From contig JBBTRB010000004.1 in assembly GCA_038065395.1 (NCBI GenBank), forward strand, positions 70,042 to 134,041: a stretch of 64,000 nt of DNA, given 5' to 3'. Under the pieces are notes generated by a model. It worked only from the letters and a program-made list of their open reading frames with translations. It was not told where the DNA came from and ran no database searches. Every line of letters begins with the position of its first letter. Positions within the stretch are counted from its first letter, which is position 1. The position numbers and the translations under genes are program-made. Source of the stretch: Patescibacteria group bacterium. GTDB taxonomy: Bacteria > Patescibacteriota > Minisyncoccia > Phycocordibacterales > PALSA-1337. Positions 61,284 to 64,000 of this stretch are shown in pieces.

Positions 61284-61751
61284 ATGTCCAACGAAGCACA
61301 ATATCTGACCCAAGAGAAACACACAGAACTTACCAAAGAACTCACCGTCCTCAAGACAGAGCGTCGCAAAGAAGTCGCCGAGCAGCTCGAATATGCCAAG
61401 AGACTCGGAGATCTCTCTGAGAATGCCGAGTACCACCAGGCTCGCGAAGAACAGGCTGAGGTCGAAGACCGTATCGGACGTCTTGAGAATCTCCTCAAGA
61501 ACGCAACCATCACCAGCGTCCACAGCAAAGACGTCGTCACTATTGGTTCTACCGTCAAAGTCGAGAAACAAGGTGAAGGCAAGACAAGCCTCTTCACCAT
61601 CGTTGGTTCCGAAGAAGCAGACACTATGCAAGGCAAGATATCCAATGTATCGCCACTGGGCTCTGCACTTCTCGGTCACAAAAAGGGCGATCAGGTCACC
61701 GTCGCTACTCCAAAAGGCAAGATGATCTACGTCATTTCGGCTATTCAATAA
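61284..61751 (+). CDS. greA: Transcription elongation factor GreA
   Basis: N-terminal coiled coil carrying the acidic DxxE tip (RLGDLSENAEYHQARE) and a C-terminal FKBP-like domain. Confidence 0.9.
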   Translation: MSNEAQYLTQEKHTELTKELTVLKTERRKEVAEQLEYAKRLGDLSENAEYHQAREEQAEVEDRIGRLENLLKNATITSVHSKDVVTIGSTVKVEKQGEGKTSLFTIVGSEEADTMQGKISNVSPLGSALLGHKKGDQVTVATPKGKMIYVISAIQ

Positions 61752-61760
61752 TATACTCAT

Positions 61761-63203
61761 ATGGCTTCACTCGAAGAACTTCGTGCAATTCGCCTAGCAA
61801 AACTTGAGATTTTGAAGAAAAATGGCATGGAAGCCTATCCCGTTTTTGTCCCACGTAGTTTGAGTCTTGCTGATGCGCAGAATAATTTCGATGAACATGA
61901 AACCTCCGCAAAGGAAATTTCTCTTACGGGTCGCATCAAAGCAATTCGTGGGCAAGGTGCTATTTTCTTCCTTGTATTAGATGACGGGTCGGCAACATTT
62001 CAGGCTGTTATCAAAAAAGATGTTCTCGACCCTCGTCTATTCGAATTGTTTAATCAAACAGTCGATATCGGAGATATTATCGGTGTTACTGGTACATTCT
62101 TCAAAACTCAAAGAGGGGAGAAGAGTCTGCAGGTTGCATCGTGGGTCATGGCCTCAAAATCACTTCTTCCATTACCAGAAAAGTGGCACGGCCTTCAGGA
62201 TCTTGATGAAAAGTTTCGTAAACGATATTTGGATTTCATCATGGATAGTGATGTACGAGATCTTTTCAAGAAAAAAGCTCTGTTCTGGACGGCTACGCGT
62301 CGTATTTTAAATCAGGCTGATTTTCTTGAAGTAGAAACTCCTACACTGGAAACTACGACGGGAGGTGCAGAAGCAAACCCATTCGAGACATATCACAACG
62401 ATTATGATATGGAAGTCTTTTTGCGTATTTCTGTAGGTGAATTGTGGCAGAAACGTTTGATGGCGGGAGGTTTTCCTCGAACATTTGAGATCGGGAGAGT
62501 ATACCGTAATGAAGGTTCTAGTCCTGAACATACGCAGGAATTCACTAATATTGAATTTTATGCTTCTTACATGTCTTTTGATGAAGGGGTAATGTTTACT
62601 GAGAAATTGATAAAAGATGTAGTTCAAGAATCTTTCGACACTCTCTCTTTTGAAAAGTTTGATTTATCGGGCACATGGAAACGTATTGATTATGTTGAGA
62701 CGGTGAAAAAAGAGACGGGTATTGATATTCTTTCTGCATCAGAAAAGGATTTGGAAAAGAAAGTGAAAGAACTTGGCATATCATTTGATGGTACAAATCG
62801 AGAACGACTGACGGATACGCTTTGGAAATATTGTCGCAAACAAATTTCTGGACCTGTCTGGTTAATGGGTCATCCAAAACTTGTTTCACCGCTCGCAAAA
62901 TCAGATCCATCTAATCCAGAAAAGACATTGCGCGCACAACTTATTCTCAACGGTGCTGAAATGGCAAATGGATACGCGGAACTTAACGATCCTATTGAAC
63001 AGCGAGAACGTTTCGAACAGCAGCGAAAACTTATTGATAAAGGAGATAAGGAGGCAATGATGCCTGATTATGAGTATGTAGAAATGCTCGAACATGCCAT
63101 GCCCCCTGTATGTAGTTTTGGTTGGGGAGAAAGGCTATTCGCAGCACTTGCTGGACGGCCACTGCGCGAGACTCAAATGTTTCCTTTGATGCGCCCGAAG
63201 TAA
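61761..63203 (+). CDS. lysS: Lysyl-tRNA synthetase, class II
   Basis: N-terminal OB anticodon-binding domain and class II motifs (FLEVETP, RNEGSSPEHTQEFT, GWGERL). Confidence 0.9.
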   Translation: MASLEELRAIRLAKLEILKKNGMEAYPVFVPRSLSLADAQNNFDEHETSAKEISLTGRIKAIRGQGAIFFLVLDDGSATFQAVIKKDVLDPRLFELFNQTVDIGDIIGVTGTFFKTQRGEKSLQVASWVMASKSLLPLPEKWHGLQDLDEKFRKRYLDFIMDSDVRDLFKKKALFWTATRRILNQADFLEVETPTLETTTGGAEANPFETYHNDYDMEVFLRISVGELWQKRLMAGGFPRTFEIGRVYRNEGSSPEHTQEFTNIEFYASYMSFDEGVMFTEKLIKDVVQESFDTLSFEKFDLSGTWKRIDYVETVKKETGIDILSASEKDLEKKVKELGISFDGTNRERLTDTLWKYCRKQISGPVWLMGHPKLVSPLAKSDPSNPEKTLRAQLILNGAEMANGYAELNDPIEQRERFEQQRKLIDKGDKEAMMPDYEYVEMLEHAMPPVCSFGWGERLFAALAGRPLRETQMFPLMRPK

Positions 63204-63258
63204 GTGATCTGTGAATATTCAAATTGTTATTTGGGGTGTACTGTACTAAAATGGTGGG

Positions 63259-63999
63259 ATGATTGGTCGACATATTCTGAATTTCTTGCGCGTCGCTGGT
63301 ACAAGCCTCTTCGCTCTGGCGCTGCTCTATAGTTTCGTCGCTATACCGAATGCTCATGCGGTCTACCCACTCGGTACCGAAGTCATCTTGTATCACTTCG
63401 AAGATACTGCCACAGGAACAACGACTGATGCTATAACAGCAACAACCACTAACAGTGGTTCGGGTGGCACTGCGTACGACGGACTACTCGTCAACAACGC
63501 GAGTACCACTGCAGCTTCGAAACTCTTCGGCTCTCGGAGTGCGATCTTCTCGGAAACACTCGATTTCATGAGGACATATTTTGGTAGTGGTGTTGACCCG
63601 ACCACACAGTCGGTCTCGGTGAGTTTCTGGGTGAATAAAAACAACAATACCTGTAACAGTGGTGATGACGATCACCTGTTCGGAGTTAGCGGCTCACCGA
63701 CTGCCAACCGTTTCTATATCCGTTGTCGTACATCTACTACCAACAAATGGGGATATCGTATCCAGGGCAATGCCGAAGTCTTCTCAACCAATACGATCGA
63801 TCCTGCTGCATGGACGCACATTACGCTTGTACTCAATGCATCGACAGACACGGCAACTTTTTATATAAATAACGTTGCTATCGGTAGTCCGGTCGCATAT
63901 ACAACATATACATTACCTGGCATGTTCTATGTGGGGAACTTCAATGATATGGCACTAGATCTGTCACAAGGTTCGGGTGCATATATCGATGAAGTGGCG
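63259..63999 (+). CDS. Secreted LamG/concanavalin-like domain protein (3' end beyond the window)
   Basis: Signal peptide MIGRHILNFLRVAGTSLFALALLYSFVAIPNAHA. LamG-like pattern (SVSFWVNKNNN...HLFGVSGSP...FYIRCRTSTTNKWGYRIQGN...WTHITLVLN...ATFYINNVAIG). The frame is open to the end of the window and is not in the ORF track because no stop is reached. Confidence 0.55.
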   Translation, partial: MIGRHILNFLRVAGTSLFALALLYSFVAIPNAHAVYPLGTEVILYHFEDTATGTTTDAITATTTNSGSGGTAYDGLLVNNASTTAASKLFGSRSAIFSETLDFMRTYFGSGVDPTTQSVSVSFWVNKNNNTCNSGDDDHLFGVSGSPTANRFYIRCRTSTTNKWGYRIQGNAEVFSTNTIDPAAWTHITLVLNASTDTATFYINNVAIGSPVAYTTYTLPGMFYVGNFNDMALDLSQGSGAYIDEVA

Positions 64000-64000
64000 A

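Noticed and set aside
1-64000. CRISPR arrays, rRNA genes, integrases, transposases
   Set aside because: No regularly spaced direct repeats, rRNA signatures or recombinase motifs were seen anywhere in the window.

Overview
This 64-kb window comes from a compact bacterial chromosome (about 50% GC) with mostly housekeeping genes packed on both strands. The gene content and several unusually short housekeeping proteins suggest a reduced-genome lineage, possibly CPR/Patescibacteria-like; that taxonomic guess is low-confidence inference.

In order, the window contains: the 3' end of rpoC; an orphan MazF/PemK-like gene; dnaG and rpoD; a UvrD-family helicase fused to a Cas4-like Fe-S nuclease; a DsbA-like protein; two paralogous orphan 7TM sensor histidine kinases; a DEDDy exonuclease; hisS; truB; a membrane protein fusing a bacterial PH domain to an AlbA_2/Schlafen-like domain; typA; a type IV pilus-like cluster (pilB, pilC, an LVIVD beta-propeller pseudopilin, two small overlapping pilin-like genes, a major pilin); dacA; a coherent beta-mannoside phosphorolysis locus (three GH130 domains, a eukaryotic-type PMM, a PMI-like cupin, a sensor kinase); a ZIP transporter; rnr; an accessory block of hypothetical genes; tRNA-Asn(GUU) interrupted by a group I intron, next to a GIY-YIG ORF and a duplicated exon fragment; hpf; fmt-def; a priA with degenerate ATPase motifs; murA; mreB; a nudix gene; holB; frr; rseP; proS; mreB2-mreC-mreD-pbp2; greA; lysS; and a partial LamG-like secreted protein.

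The most unusual signal is a set of three paralogous 70-71 nt tRNA-like RNA genes on the minus strand. Each has a 7-bp acceptor stem with compensatory changes between copies, a canonical T-arm, a discriminator and CCA or CC. Each is about 5 nt too short for a cloverleaf and lacks a D-arm. Each is preceded by a conserved leader hairpin (also with compensatory changes) and by a conserved ~42-bp upstream motif. The same motif precedes the mazF-like gene, pilB, the major pilin gene and proS. There are also several families of intergenic inverted-repeat and MITE-like elements.
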